NCBI GenBank assembly: GCA_036309465.1
Contig: JAXJTR010000092.1
Span: 3,944-67,943 of the forward strand
Source of the DNA: Acutalibacteraceae bacterium
GTDB lineage: Bacteria; Bacillota; Clostridia; Oscillospirales; Acutalibacteraceae
Direction: 5' to 3'
Length of the DNA: 64,000 nt
The translations under genes were made by a program, and so were the position numbers. The notes beneath the pieces are model-generated. The model had not been told where the DNA came from. It made no database searches and saw nothing but the letters and a program-made list of their open reading frames with translations. Below are positions 18,087 through 27,331 of the stretch, in pieces (within the stretch, counting starts at the first letter, position 1; every line of letters starts with the position of its first letter).

Positions 18087-20210
18087 ATGGTTGTTATCTA
18101 TGCAGAAAAGTTTTCTCTAGCAAAAAATATAGCAAGAGCATTAGGAGCAGGGCAAAGAATACCTCATAAAAAAGACGGAAAACTTGGAATATGGAAGTTC
18201 AAGTTCAAAGGAGAAGATGCCATACTAACTTATGGTGCTGGTCATTTAATAGATTTATCTCCAATTATTGCCTATGGTGATAAGTACCGAAAGTGGGATT
18301 TAAACATATACCCACTAATTCCACCATCTGAACCTTTAATGGAGATAAGTAAAGGAAAAGAATTATGTTATTCGTCAGTTAAGCAATTATTTAATAAAGC
18401 AGACTGGATAATTAATGCAACAGATATAGACCGAGAAGGGGAGTTAATATTTTATAGGATATATAAATTTATGGGGTGTAAAAAACCGTGGAAACGAGCT
18501 ATATGGCGAGATGAAACAGCCTCAAGCATAAAAGAAGCTTTTGACCACCTTATAGATGGAAGTCAACGTATTTATGTGCAACAGTCAGGAATTGCACGTA
18601 GTATCGCTGACTACCAAATAGGTCTTAATCTTACGGTTGCAACAACACAAAAAAGTAAGGAAAACGGAGAATTTTCCAAAGAAGTTTTTTCAGTAGGTAG
18701 AGTTCAGACGGCTGTGCTTAACCTTGTTGTTGCAAGAGAAAGAGAAATAACAGGGTTTAACAAAAAGTCATATTGGCAATTACTACTTGACTGTTATAAA
18801 AATAATACTAACTTTGTAGCCTCACACATTAATAATAACTTTGAAAGCCAAAGTGAAGCTATAAATACTAAATCAAACTGTAAAAATATAGCAATAGTTA
18901 CAGATGTAGATGTAACTATTAACAAGAAATATGCTCCAAAACTATTTAATTCTACTCAATTAAAAATAGCCTGTAATCGTAAATACGGCTGGACGATAGG
19001 ACATACTGACAAAGTAATGCAACAACTTTATGAAAACCGCAAAATGACATATCCAAGAACATCTACGGAATACTTGCCATCTTCAATGATACCAGAAGTA
19101 ACAGCGACCATAAAAAAGTTAATGGAAATACCTGTGTATTCAAAATATAAAATAGATGAAAGCAAATGGTTGCCGTTTACCAAAAAACATTTTGATGATG
19201 ATAAAATCGGTAGTCATACAGCAATTATTCCAACAAATGAAGTGTGTGAATTAAATAAGTTATCTTTAGATGAACAAAAACTCTATGATATTATAGCAAG
19301 AAGTTTAATAAGTTTGGTAGTACCACCAATGATAGAGGAACATACTGCTGTGACATTAGATTGTAATGGGGAAATCTTTAGAGCAAAGGGTAAGAAAACG
19401 CTTCGTAAAGGTTGGGGGATTGTATTAGGAAGTATAACAGATGATAAAATAATTCCTTTACTAGATAAAGGAGAAGTTTTAGATGTGTCGAGTAGGATAG
19501 CAGAAATTGAAACTAAGCCTAAAGAAAGATATTCAGAAGCTACTTTAATTAAAGCAATGGAAACAGCAGGTAGAACAATTAATGATGAAAATACAAGAGC
19601 ATTAATGCTGAAAAACAATATGGGACTAGGCACTGAGGCAACAAGAACAGCAATCATAAATAAACTGTATGAACATCACTATCTTCTAAAAAAAGGTAAT
19701 GTAATTCATCCCACCAGCAAAGGCAAATATCTAATTGATAATTTACCTATAAATGACCTTAAATCAGCCGAAATGACAGGACAATGGGAAAAAACACTAA
19801 ATGATATAGCTTTAGGAGAATATAGTTATAATCAATATAGAAAAGATATGGATAGAAAAACATTGCGGTGGTATCAACAAATTTGCAATGCCCCAATGAA
19901 GCCATATATAGTATCAAGTGATGTTGAAAATAAAGAATTAATATGTCCTTGTTGTGGTAACAAAATTCTTCTTAATAAAGAAAAAAGCAGATATAACTGT
20001 AGCGGATATAAACAGGGCTGTAGATATGGATTTAATCTTGAAATTTGTGGTAAAAGATTAAATCAAAATAACATAATCAAACTTGTATCCACAGGCAAAA
20101 CAAATTTAATTAAGGGTTTTATAAACAATAAGGGAAAAACTTTTGATGCTTATTTTTGTTACAATGAGAAGGAACAAAAATTTGAGTTTCAAATACCAAA
20201 AAAAAATTAG
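18087..20210 (+). CDS. topB: DNA topoisomerase III (type IA) with C-terminal zinc ribbons
   Basis: Toprim motif NATDIDREGELIF. Active-site region MTYPRTSTEYL. C-terminal CPCCGN...CSGYKQGC. Confidence 0.85.
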   Translation: MVVIYAEKFSLAKNIARALGAGQRIPHKKDGKLGIWKFKFKGEDAILTYGAGHLIDLSPIIAYGDKYRKWDLNIYPLIPPSEPLMEISKGKELCYSSVKQLFNKADWIINATDIDREGELIFYRIYKFMGCKKPWKRAIWRDETASSIKEAFDHLIDGSQRIYVQQSGIARSIADYQIGLNLTVATTQKSKENGEFSKEVFSVGRVQTAVLNLVVAREREITGFNKKSYWQLLLDCYKNNTNFVASHINNNFESQSEAINTKSNCKNIAIVTDVDVTINKKYAPKLFNSTQLKIACNRKYGWTIGHTDKVMQQLYENRKMTYPRTSTEYLPSSMIPEVTATIKKLMEIPVYSKYKIDESKWLPFTKKHFDDDKIGSHTAIIPTNEVCELNKLSLDEQKLYDIIARSLISLVVPPMIEEHTAVTLDCNGEIFRAKGKKTLRKGWGIVLGSITDDKIIPLLDKGEVLDVSSRIAEIETKPKERYSEATLIKAMETAGRTINDENTRALMLKNNMGLGTEATRTAIINKLYEHHYLLKKGNVIHPTSKGKYLIDNLPINDLKSAEMTGQWEKTLNDIALGEYSYNQYRKDMDRKTLRWYQQICNAPMKPYIVSSDVENKELICPCCGNKILLNKEKSRYNCSGYKQGCRYGFNLEICGKRLNQNNIIKLVSTGKTNLIKGFINNKGKTFDAYFCYNEKEQKFEFQIPKKN

Positions 20211-20226
20211 AATAGGGGACATTAAT

Positions 20227-20565
20227 ATGTACGAATGTAGTCTTTATGAAGAAATATATAGGGGGACTTATAAAGAAAAAGAATATTCTATATATAATAT
20301 AGAAAAAGATGAAGAACAAATTCTTGTTTATTTATATGTTGTTGTTAGTGATGAAACGCTAGTTCATCTTGGTGAAGCATCTCAATATCAAACAGAAGAA
20401 GAATATGCAAAATCAGAAATGGATTTAATTGATAAAGCTATTGATGTAAGAAAGTTATCTAAATATAATAATAATATGTGGCTGATTGGAAACAAAGATA
20501 GAGATAGTATCGTAATTCCTTTGATAAAAGAAGCGGTTGAAAATGGAGAGATAGTACCGATATAG
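20227..20565 (+). CDS. Hypothetical acidic protein
   Basis: ATG 20227 follows AGGGGA. The listed upstream part overlaps the topB 3' end. Confidence 0.5.
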   Translation: MYECSLYEEIYRGTYKEKEYSIYNIEKDEEQILVYLYVVVSDETLVHLGEASQYQTEEEYAKSEMDLIDKAIDVRKLSKYNNNMWLIGNKDRDSIVIPLIKEAVENGEIVPI

Positions 20566-20650
20566 TCATATAGGTATTACGAACAAAGCGATTATTTTTA
20601 TTAAGCTTGCTAATTTACAAACACACATTTTTGACTGTGAGGAATAGTAT

Positions 20651-21040
20651 ATGAGAAACTTTGGAGAGTTAGGAGAAACTTGCCTTATTACAGAAGATGA
20701 AAGCAAAATGGCGGATGCACCTATATGCAATAAGGATACACAACAAGAACAAGTTCATACAAATAAAAACAATGAACTGGGATTGTTGTTATCAAATATT
20801 TGTAATGGAACAAAAATATATGCTATAAAGCTTAAATCTTGTGAGAACGAGAAAGCAATATTGTTTGAAAATTGTTTTTTGTATAGAAACATTTTACGTA
20901 AACAAATAAAATCTTGTCGAACAAGTAAGGAATTAACTAATACAACAAACCTTTATTCTCTAGTCGAAGAAACTCTACAAGAATACAATCTTTATGATGA
21001 ATACGAAAAATACGAAAAGAAGCGAAAGCAAGGGGAATAA
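20651..21040 (+). CDS. Hypothetical protein
   Basis: RBS is GAGGAA. The 3' end lies inside a bidirectional terminator hairpin. Confidence 0.5.
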   Translation: MRNFGELGETCLITEDESKMADAPICNKDTQQEQVHTNKNNELGLLLSNICNGTKIYAIKLKSCENEKAILFENCFLYRNILRKQIKSCRTSKELTNTTNLYSLVEETLQEYNLYDEYEKYEKKRKQGE

Positions 21041-21069
21041 CCTTGCTTTCGCTTCTTTTCATAAATAAA
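21023..21069. terminator. Bidirectional terminator between convergent genes
   Basis: Perfect 20-bp arms GAAAAGAAGCGAAAGCAAGG / CCTTGCTTTCGCTTCTTTTC with a 7-nt loop. Confidence 0.7.
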
Positions 21070-21084
21070 AAAGATTATTTAACA

Positions 21085-21618
21085 TTATCTAAAACGGCAA
21101 TAATTCTTGCTCATTGTCGCTAATTGTTTGGAGTTATATGTCCTAAATATCCTATCAATACTACTATCGTAACGCTTTCTATCAAAAGGTTTAGTATATA
21201 GCCTCTCAACGGCTTTATTAAATTCAACAGTAAACTTATTTGATAACCCCAATAATCTTATATTCATAAGTATTCCACTTGAAGCATCTACCAACATAAT
21301 TAATAAGGAAAGCCCTCTATCTGAACTTTCTGGGGATATAATATTTGTAAAATCCTTTGACAGGTGAGGAGTAAAAGGTGCATCAGCCCAAGGGAGATTT
21401 CCTATCTTTGAAGTAAAAATAATTGTTTCTTCAAACTCAATAAAACGAAATTCTGAGGTATTACTCTCAAATTCCATAATTTCATCAGGAGTAGGATTGT
21501 TATATGTGAAAACCATCACTAACCCACAAAAAGAAGAATATTCAAGAACAACACCGTCCTCCACACCTTTAAATCTTTCAATAGTTTTTCCTTTTTCGTA
21601 ATATGTATATTCAGCCAT
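21085..21618 (-). CDS. Hypothetical protein (177 aa)
   Basis: Long ORF with RBS; last gene of the minus-strand cluster. Confidence 0.55.
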   Translation of the reverse strand: MAEYTYYEKGKTIERFKGVEDGVVLEYSSFCGLVMVFTYNNPTPDEIMEFESNTSEFRFIEFEETIIFTSKIGNLPWADAPFTPHLSKDFTNIISPESSDRGLSLLIMLVDASSGILMNIRLLGLSNKFTVEFNKAVERLYTKPFDRKRYDSSIDRIFRTYNSKQLATMSKNYCRFR

Positions 21619-21681
21619 TATAAATCACCATCTTTGTCTAACAAATCAATAGTTTCTTTGTTTCGTATTTCGTTTGTGAAA

Positions 21682-21978
21682 TTAAGAATATTTGTTTAAT
21701 ATCTCTTTAGCTGACAAATCATCAAACAAATGTTGAAGCTCCTTCATCACCTTGTTCTCTGACATCTCATCAAGTTCTGCACTCTTTATAGCCTTTGTTA
21801 AAAAAGCTCTTATAATATCGTTAAACGCAGAACTGTCAACCATTTGGCAAAAATCATCTTTATCGCAACCAGCCAAAATCTCGTAAATCTTAATACTTCT
21901 TCGTGCTTGTTCTTCTGTAATTTTGCCTTGTTCAACCAGTTGCTTGTAACTGTCAGCCATCCTTTTAAATCCATTCAT
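21682..21978 (-). CDS. Hypothetical helical protein; a truncated paralog remnant lies at 23572-23673
   Basis: RBS is TAGGAGAAGG. The C-terminal 33 codons recur, degenerated, at 23.57 kb. Confidence 0.55.
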   Translation of the reverse strand: MNGFKRMADSYKQLVEQGKITEEQARRSIKIYEILAGCDKDDFCQMVDSSAFNDIIRAFLTKAIKSAELDEMSENKVMKELQHLFDDLSAKEILNKYS

Positions 21979-22001
21979 AAAGTAAACCTTCTCCTAATTT
22001 A

Positions 22002-22196
22002 TTATTTAATCCATCCTGTTGCTTTAGCTATATCATCAGTTACATCTTCGTTAGTTACTTTTCGTTCTCTAGCTATCTGCTTTAGGTTAAAAAGCGGACA
22101 ATCTTCAATTTTTTCGTGCTTGTCTGCTTCAGCACAATACCAACAACTTTGCTTGTTGCATTTGTCGTTAACGTAATTCGCAATATAATTTTTCAT
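22002..22196 (-). CDS. Small Cys-containing protein
   Basis: RBS is AGAGGAGAAG. Contains CNKQSCWYC...C. Confidence 0.45.
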   Translation of the reverse strand: MKNYIANYVNDKCNKQSCWYCAEADKHEKIEDCPLFNLKQIARERKVTNEDVTDDIAKATGWIK

Positions 22197-22214
22197 AGCT
22201 TCTCCTCTAAAAAC

Positions 22215-22379
22215 TTAATTACTCGGTGCTTTACCATATTTTTTCTCTAGTCTTTCCAAAGTAGCATCTATTTCCTTGTTAAGTAGACAACTCTTACATT
22301 TTTTGCTTTTGCAATAATTAGGAAACATCATACTATTAAATCCGCAAGGGTATTTTGTTTTTTTACCATTAATTATCAC
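22215..22379 (-). CDS. Possible small Cys-rich protein (54 aa, GTG start), absent from the ORF track
   Basis: Hand translation VIINGKKTKYPCGFNSMMFPNYCKSKKCKSCLLNKEIDATLERLEKKYGKAPSN. AAGGTAGGTG lies upstream. Confidence 0.25.
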   Translation of the reverse strand: MIINGKKTKYPCGFNSMMFPNYCKSKKCKSCLLNKEIDATLERLEKKYGKAPSN

Positions 22380-22401
22380 CTACTTGTTGCACCTACCTTG
22401 T

Positions 22402-22740
22402 TTAATTTTCTATATTGTTTTCTTTGTTTCGATTACTTAACCATTTATCATAAGTTACAAGTGTTCCGTCAGCATTATACAATGGAGCAGTAACTTCCGT
22501 ATCACTGCCAAAATACACTACATTTGTATCTTTATCATAGTAATAATAAATCCAGTTATAACTCTCATCTATTCTATCAAAATACCCTGTGTAAGTAATA
22601 TTGTTAGCATAAGATTTGTAGTCAAAAGCATTAAAACAATCTTTAAAAGCTGGAAGCAAGTAAGCTAAGGAAGTTAAAGCAAGAATTGACATTACTATGC
22701 ACATAAATATGTTAGTAAACGCTACATTATTTTTCTTCAT
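22402..22740 (-). CDS. N-terminally anchored small protein
   Basis: TM is FTNIFMCIVMSILALTSLAYLL. RBS is GAAAGGA. Confidence 0.5.
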   Translation of the reverse strand: MKKNNVAFTNIFMCIVMSILALTSLAYLLPAFKDCFNAFDYKSYANNITYTGYFDRIDESYNWIYYYYDKDTNVVYFGSDTEVTAPLYNADGTLVTYDKWLSNRNKENNIEN

Positions 22741-22763
22741 TGTTAAATTAAATCCTTTCTAAA

Positions 22764-23126
22764 TTAAGTTGTAAGGTAACGAAGCTTTATGGCTTCCAAA
22801 AAATACTTATCCCAACTAGAGTAACCGAAGATATTATAAACACTGTTAAGCTCCTGTTTTTCTTCGGTGGGAAATCCATTCCATAAAACAAATGCAAGTC
22901 TGATTGCTCTAGCAGAACTGCTTGTTTGCCAAGGCTGTTCAAAGTTATCTGCCTTGATACACATTTCTTTAAAATTAAACATCTGCTCTGCTCTGTCTAT
23001 ATTACAAGTAAGTGCAAGAAGATACATAACAGGTTTTGTTTCTGCATCAGCACGGTTGCATTTTTTTAGCAATGTAAAGTACATATTTTTGTGTTCATTA
23101 TCTTTAAATATAATCTTGCTATTCAT
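22764..23126 (-). CDS. Hypothetical protein
   Basis: 120-aa ORF in the operon. No motif I can name with confidence. Confidence 0.5.
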   Translation of the reverse strand: MNSKIIFKDNEHKNMYFTLLKKCNRADAETKPVMYLLALTCNIDRAEQMFNFKEMCIKADNFEQPWQTSSSARAIRLAFVLWNGFPTEEKQELNSVYNIFGYSSWDKYFLEAIKLRYLTT

Positions 23127-23147
23127 ATTAACTGTTCTTTCTTTTGT

Positions 23148-23507
23148 TTAAAAAATAATCTGTGGCATATACTCTTGTGTCACAGGGTCATAATGCATTA
23201 ATGTTAAGTGTACACCGTTGTGCATACAAATCTTTATTACAGAAGCAGTACAGGCTGTAAGACCTGTAACATAAACTACAAGTCTTTTTTTACTAACATA
23301 ATAAAGGTGGTCACTACCTCCCTCTGAAACGCTGTTAATGGCAAACCCTGAAGCTGTTTCTATTTCTATATTTTTTTCAATGAAATTAGCAACAATTTTA
23401 TCTAACTCCCTATAATCTAATGGGAAGTTTAGTTCATTACTAAAAATATACTCGCTTACGGGTAGTTCGTGCCTACCCTTTATCAACCCTACTTTAAATT
23501 CTTTCAT
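23148..23507 (-). CDS. Hypothetical protein
   Basis: RBS is GAAAGGA; 119 aa. Confidence 0.5.
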   Translation of the reverse strand: MKEFKVGLIKGRHELPVSEYIFSNELNFPLDYRELDKIVANFIEKNIEIETASGFAINSVSEGGSDHLYYVSKKRLVVYVTGLTACTASVIKICMHNGVHLTLMHYDPVTQEYMPQIIF

Positions 23508-23571
23508 AATATAATCAATCCTTTCGAAAATCGGAACTAGGTCTGTTTTTCATTACCAACAGAAGAAAAAA

Positions 23572-23673
23572 TTAAGAATATTTACTCAACACCTCTTTCG
23601 CAGATACATCATCAAACAAACATCGAAGTTCATTCATCACACGTTCCTTGGACTTCTCGTCAAGTTCTGCACC
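23572..23673 (-). pseudogene. 5'-truncated remnant of a paralog of the 21682-21978 gene
   Basis: Minus-strand translation GAELDEKSKERVMNELRCLFDDVSAKEVLSKYS* parallels SAELDEMSENKVMKELQHLFDDLSAKEILNKYS*. No start codon or N-terminal part. Confidence 0.65.
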
Positions 23674-23692
23674 CTATTATTTTTCATTATTA

Positions 23693-24031
23693 TTATGCTA
23701 TAAGTTGTATAATACAACCCATCTCACCAGCACGGTATATGTTAATTTCACTCGCTTCAACCCTATAGGTTAAACCGTAGTCGTCATAAATCCTTAACCA
23801 CTGTGTAAAGGTATCAACCTTGATATAGTGATTTCCGATTTCTGCGTGTTCATCAACAATGTACGCTTTGTAAGAAGCATCTTTACCGAAGTGAAGTTGT
23901 GATAATTTTAACTTATTGTTTTTATCACAGCCTGATAGGATTAGGGTAGCAATGTCGCTATCACCTATTAGGCGTGTTTCGTAATTCTTATAGCTGACTT
24001 TGTTTTGATTGTTTTGATTTATGTTTTGCAT
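23693..24031 (-). CDS. Hypothetical protein
   Basis: RBS is AAAGGAAAGGAA; 112 aa. Confidence 0.5.
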   Translation of the reverse strand: MQNINQNNQNKVSYKNYETRLIGDSDIATLILSGCDKNNKLKLSQLHFGKDASYKAYIVDEHAEIGNHYIKVDTFTQWLRIYDDYGLTYRVEASEINIYRAGEMGCIIQLIA

Positions 24032-24058
24032 TTTTTATATTCCTTTCCTTTGTTAAGT

Positions 24059-24610
24059 TTAATTTTTCTTTATGAATATAACATAACCGTTTTCAGTACC
24101 ACAATAATTGTAGATATAATATGTTCCATTTAATTTTCTTACAGGCAAAACATCTTTATTACAATCATAAACATAAAATGTTCCGTTTATAGAAATTCGT
24201 AAAGATGTCACCATATACTCATTAAATATTGCTCCATTATCTAATATAGCTATAACAGTATTACCACTGCCGAAACCATTAGGCACAGTCACATTAAAAT
24301 CACTATTACCTATTAAAATATTACCATCAACCGTGTGTATTGTTATATTATTGTTTCCTATGAGTTTTCTAATTCTATATTCGTGTTGAGTTGTGGTTTT
24401 AGAAACTAAGGCGTAACAACTATATTTAACTAACGATTGATTTGATAGTAGTAATTGACAAAATTCCTCATCTGTATTAGCAATTCTCCAATATTGATGA
24501 ATTGTTGTAATATTGTCATTCAGTTCTGTTGCATCAGTTAATGCGTTAATAATGTCAGCGTTATCATTTTCATTTTCAACCAGTTTTAACTTTGTTATTG
24601 CGTAATCCAT
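24059..24610 (-). CDS. Hypothetical protein, first gene of the minus-strand cluster
   Basis: ATG 24610 lies 7 nt after AAGGAG; the listed ATG 24616 is too close to the RBS. Confidence 0.5.
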   Translation of the reverse strand: MDYAITKLKLVENENDNADIINALTDATELNDNITTIHQYWRIANTDEEFCQLLLSNQSLVKYSCYALVSKTTTQHEYRIRKLIGNNNITIHTVDGNILIGNSDFNVTVPNGFGSGNTVIAILDNGAIFNEYMVTSLRISINGTFYVYDCNKDVLPVRKLNGTYYIYNYCGTENGYVIFIKKN

Positions 24611-24630
24611 ATACATTCTCCTTTATATAG

Positions 24631-24672
24631 ATTGTACCATATATGGAACTAAAAATCAATAAAAATCGTGAA
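24631..24672 (-). promoter_or_regulatory. Promoter TTGATT-17-TACAAT with CCATATATGG palindrome in the spacer and an upstream TTTCACG box (copy 1 of 3)
   Basis: The -10 is 24631-24636, the palindrome 24637-24646 and the -35 24654-24659 (minus strand). A stretch of about 40 nt (24631-24670, minus strand) is identical to 46165-46204. Confidence 0.7.
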
Positions 24673-24695
24673 ATAAATGAAAAAAATTATGACAG

Positions 24696-24970
24696 TTGAT
24701 TTTGTTTATTGCCTGTGTTATAATATATTTGTTAATTATTGTGGTTTTATTTCATTAATAAGACTTTTACTTTGTTCTTAAAAGAAGGACATTTTATGTG
24801 TAAAATTTGTCACAGTGACAAAAACACATTAAAAAACTCTACTGTATAGGTAGAGAGCATCCAGTTTATTGTGTGCTAAGTGCTATTGTACTAATTTAAT
24901 AAATACTTATTGAAAACTACACCTATTTGTGTGAAGCCATTTGGTATCAACATAAATGGGTGTTTTTTTA
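24696..24970 (+). ncRNA. Structured RNA leader module, copy A (divergent): own promoter, multi-hairpin RNA, intrinsic terminator
   Basis: TTGATT (24696-24701), 17 nt, TGtTATAAT (24719-24724). Hairpins homologous to copies B-D. Terminator ACACCTATTTGTGT...ACATAAATGGGTGT + T7, with two G-U pairs on the plus strand. Confidence 0.65.
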
Positions 24971-24981
24971 TTATAAACAAA

Positions 24982-25491
24982 ATGAAAGGAAGTGAAACAA
25001 ACTTGAAAAAATTATGCTATGTGCAAACATTAGCGAAAACTACCTTGTATCATCTTGAATTTAATTGTGACAAGATTGAAGCACAGGAAAATTATTCTAA
25101 TAAGGATTGTGATGATTTTTTATTAGGAAACAAAGAATTATTTTTTGTGGCAATATCAGGCGATACTAAAACTATCATACGAATGGTTGTTGAAAACGAA
25201 ATCATAATGGTTTATGACACAAAAAACACCTTAGAATATGATGGAGAAGATTATAGAAAGGTAGCAGAAGATATATTACTTTCTATTTTTCAGTCCCTCA
25301 GTGAAATAGCTGATGAAGATGTTATTGAGGCGAAGTATGACCTAATAACTGGAGATGTGAGCTATGAAAATCAAATCATTGGAAACTTTGGTAAGTTTAC
25401 CGTTTCGGGAAAAACAATAGCCGAGATATGCGGTGAAAACAACTGTGACGTCAAGATTGACGAACAGCATTACACCTTTATTTTTGGGTAA
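24982..25491 (+). CDS. Hypothetical protein downstream of leader copy A
   Basis: In-frame starts are ATG 24982 or TTG 25003 (after AAAGGAAGTG). The listed 24910 start lies inside the terminator. Confidence 0.5.
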   Translation: MKGSETNLKKLCYVQTLAKTTLYHLEFNCDKIEAQENYSNKDCDDFLLGNKELFFVAISGDTKTIIRMVVENEIIMVYDTKNTLEYDGEDYRKVAEDILLSIFQSLSEIADEDVIEAKYDLITGDVSYENQIIGNFGKFTVSGKTIAEICGENNCDVKIDEQHYTFIFG

Positions 25492-25537
25492 AGGAAAAAT
25501 TAATCTATATGTAAAAATTAAAATTGAGGTAATAATT

Positions 25538-27328
25538 ATGGCAAACAAATTAATATTAAAGGGTAAAACTTATACCCCAGCAGAAATCATAACTAATACA
25601 TTAACTTCATTGACTGTTATCAATAATGATGGAACTAAAGCTAATTGGTTTAGTTCCATCAATTCTTCAAAAGTATCACAATCAGTTGTAGCACCTATAA
25701 TGGAAGCTATACTATTGCTGGCGAAGGAAAATACAGGTTATGGTACTGGTAGTTGTATGAATGATAAATTAATAGTCGCTGAATACAAAAATGGAGAAGA
25801 ACGATATGATGTGTGTGTGTTCAATGTTGATAAAAAGCAAATTGAAAGTGTTACAATCAAAGTGTTATCAGAAAAGAAAACTAAGGCATATATTCTTGAC
25901 AACAGTACTAATAGTGGAGTTGTTATATGGCTTGCAATAATTCAATTTTTATTAATCAATAACGAAGATTTAGAAAAAAGCTTTGTTCTTTTGAAAGATG
26001 AGATTAACAAAAATCCTATTGATACAGATGAAATAACAAGGTTAGCTTTTGTGGTACACGATTATATTTGCTGTTTAACTGGAGTTACAGGAAAGGCTTC
26101 TGTTGTAATTGACAATGGTATTACGGCAAATACATTTGCAAGACTAAAGCAAGAAGATTTAAACAACAAAGTGTATGCACCACAGACAGTCTTTAATGGA
26201 GATTTTTTTCTATTAGATAACTCAAAGCAAACTTCTACAACTATTAATGTGCTTAGTATGGAAGATTTGCAAAAAAAATACTCTCTAAACATTGACAACC
26301 AAGAAAATGTACCATCACTCAGTCATTATGTTACACCAGATTGGCTTGAAAAAGTAGTTAAAAAAATACACCGTTGTGCTGGAAGTAAAACCCCTGCTTA
26401 TAACGTTTGTCTTATTGGCACATCTGGTAGTGGTAAGACCACTGGAGCTATGGCGATAGCACAAATACTAGGTGTTCCTTACGGTGTTATTGAGTTTGAT
26501 AGAACTACTGATTTTTTCAAGGTAAGTAGTGAGATTATGCCCAAAGTATCAGAAACAACATCATTTACTGATGAAGATATTGAATTTGATACAGAGAGTG
26601 TATATGAAACTATAACAGGCTTATCAGCACCAGAAGGATTAACACCGAATGATGTCAGAACCTTAATCAACAATATGCAAGGTAACGGCAACGGTGTTAG
26701 CTATACAGAATTGGTATCAGTGTTAGCAAAGAATTTTGAAAACCCTTGTGTAATTGAGTTTAAGGAATGTCTAACTGCTCAAAACTTGACTTTCTTAAAT
26801 GGACTGCTTGAAGCTAACGGAGAAATAACATTGGCAAGTGGAATAACGCTAAAAAGACATCCATTTTGTGTCATTGTAGCTACTTCAAATGCTACATATT
26901 CTGATGTATTAGAACCAGATGCTAGTTTCAGAGCAAGATTTATGAGAAATACGCATATCATAAACACTCCAACTGAGAAAGAATTAGCTGACCGTTTAAG
27001 TAAAAATCTATCCACATCATTCCCAGAAGTATCAAACAATCGCCCTTTGATTGAAGCTATAGTTAAAATTAACACTGAACTCGAAAAATTTGAAAGAGAA
27101 AATCAAATGAGAAATACAGTGTTTGGGTATCTGTTTTGTGAAGCAGTTGCCATAGAATACGCAACTCTGTACGAGGAAAATGATGATATTACATTGCAAA
27201 GTGCAATTACTAATATTCTTCCAAATGCAGTAAGCTTAACCAATGATGCAAAGGTCGAAGAAATACAAGAATTTCTCAATTCCATCAATCTTGCAAACAG
27301 AAACTTTATCATTTCAAAGGGGGAATAA
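25538..27328 (+). CDS. AAA+ ATPase (MoxR/AAA_5-like) with a large N-terminal domain
   Basis: Walker A is LIGTSGSGKTTGA. Sensor-like FCVIVATSNA. Also has FRARF. ATG 25538 follows TGAGGTAA. Confidence 0.7.
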   Translation: MANKLILKGKTYTPAEIITNTLTSLTVINNDGTKANWFSSINSSKVSQSVVAPIMEAILLLAKENTGYGTGSCMNDKLIVAEYKNGEERYDVCVFNVDKKQIESVTIKVLSEKKTKAYILDNSTNSGVVIWLAIIQFLLINNEDLEKSFVLLKDEINKNPIDTDEITRLAFVVHDYICCLTGVTGKASVVIDNGITANTFARLKQEDLNNKVYAPQTVFNGDFFLLDNSKQTSTTINVLSMEDLQKKYSLNIDNQENVPSLSHYVTPDWLEKVVKKIHRCAGSKTPAYNVCLIGTSGSGKTTGAMAIAQILGVPYGVIEFDRTTDFFKVSSEIMPKVSETTSFTDEDIEFDTESVYETITGLSAPEGLTPNDVRTLINNMQGNGNGVSYTELVSVLAKNFENPCVIEFKECLTAQNLTFLNGLLEANGEITLASGITLKRHPFCVIVATSNATYSDVLEPDASFRARFMRNTHIINTPTEKELADRLSKNLSTSFPEVSNNRPLIEAIVKINTELEKFERENQMRNTVFGYLFCEAVAIEYATLYEENDDITLQSAITNILPNAVSLTNDAKVEEIQEFLNSINLANRNFIISKGE

Positions 27329-27331
27329 TAA

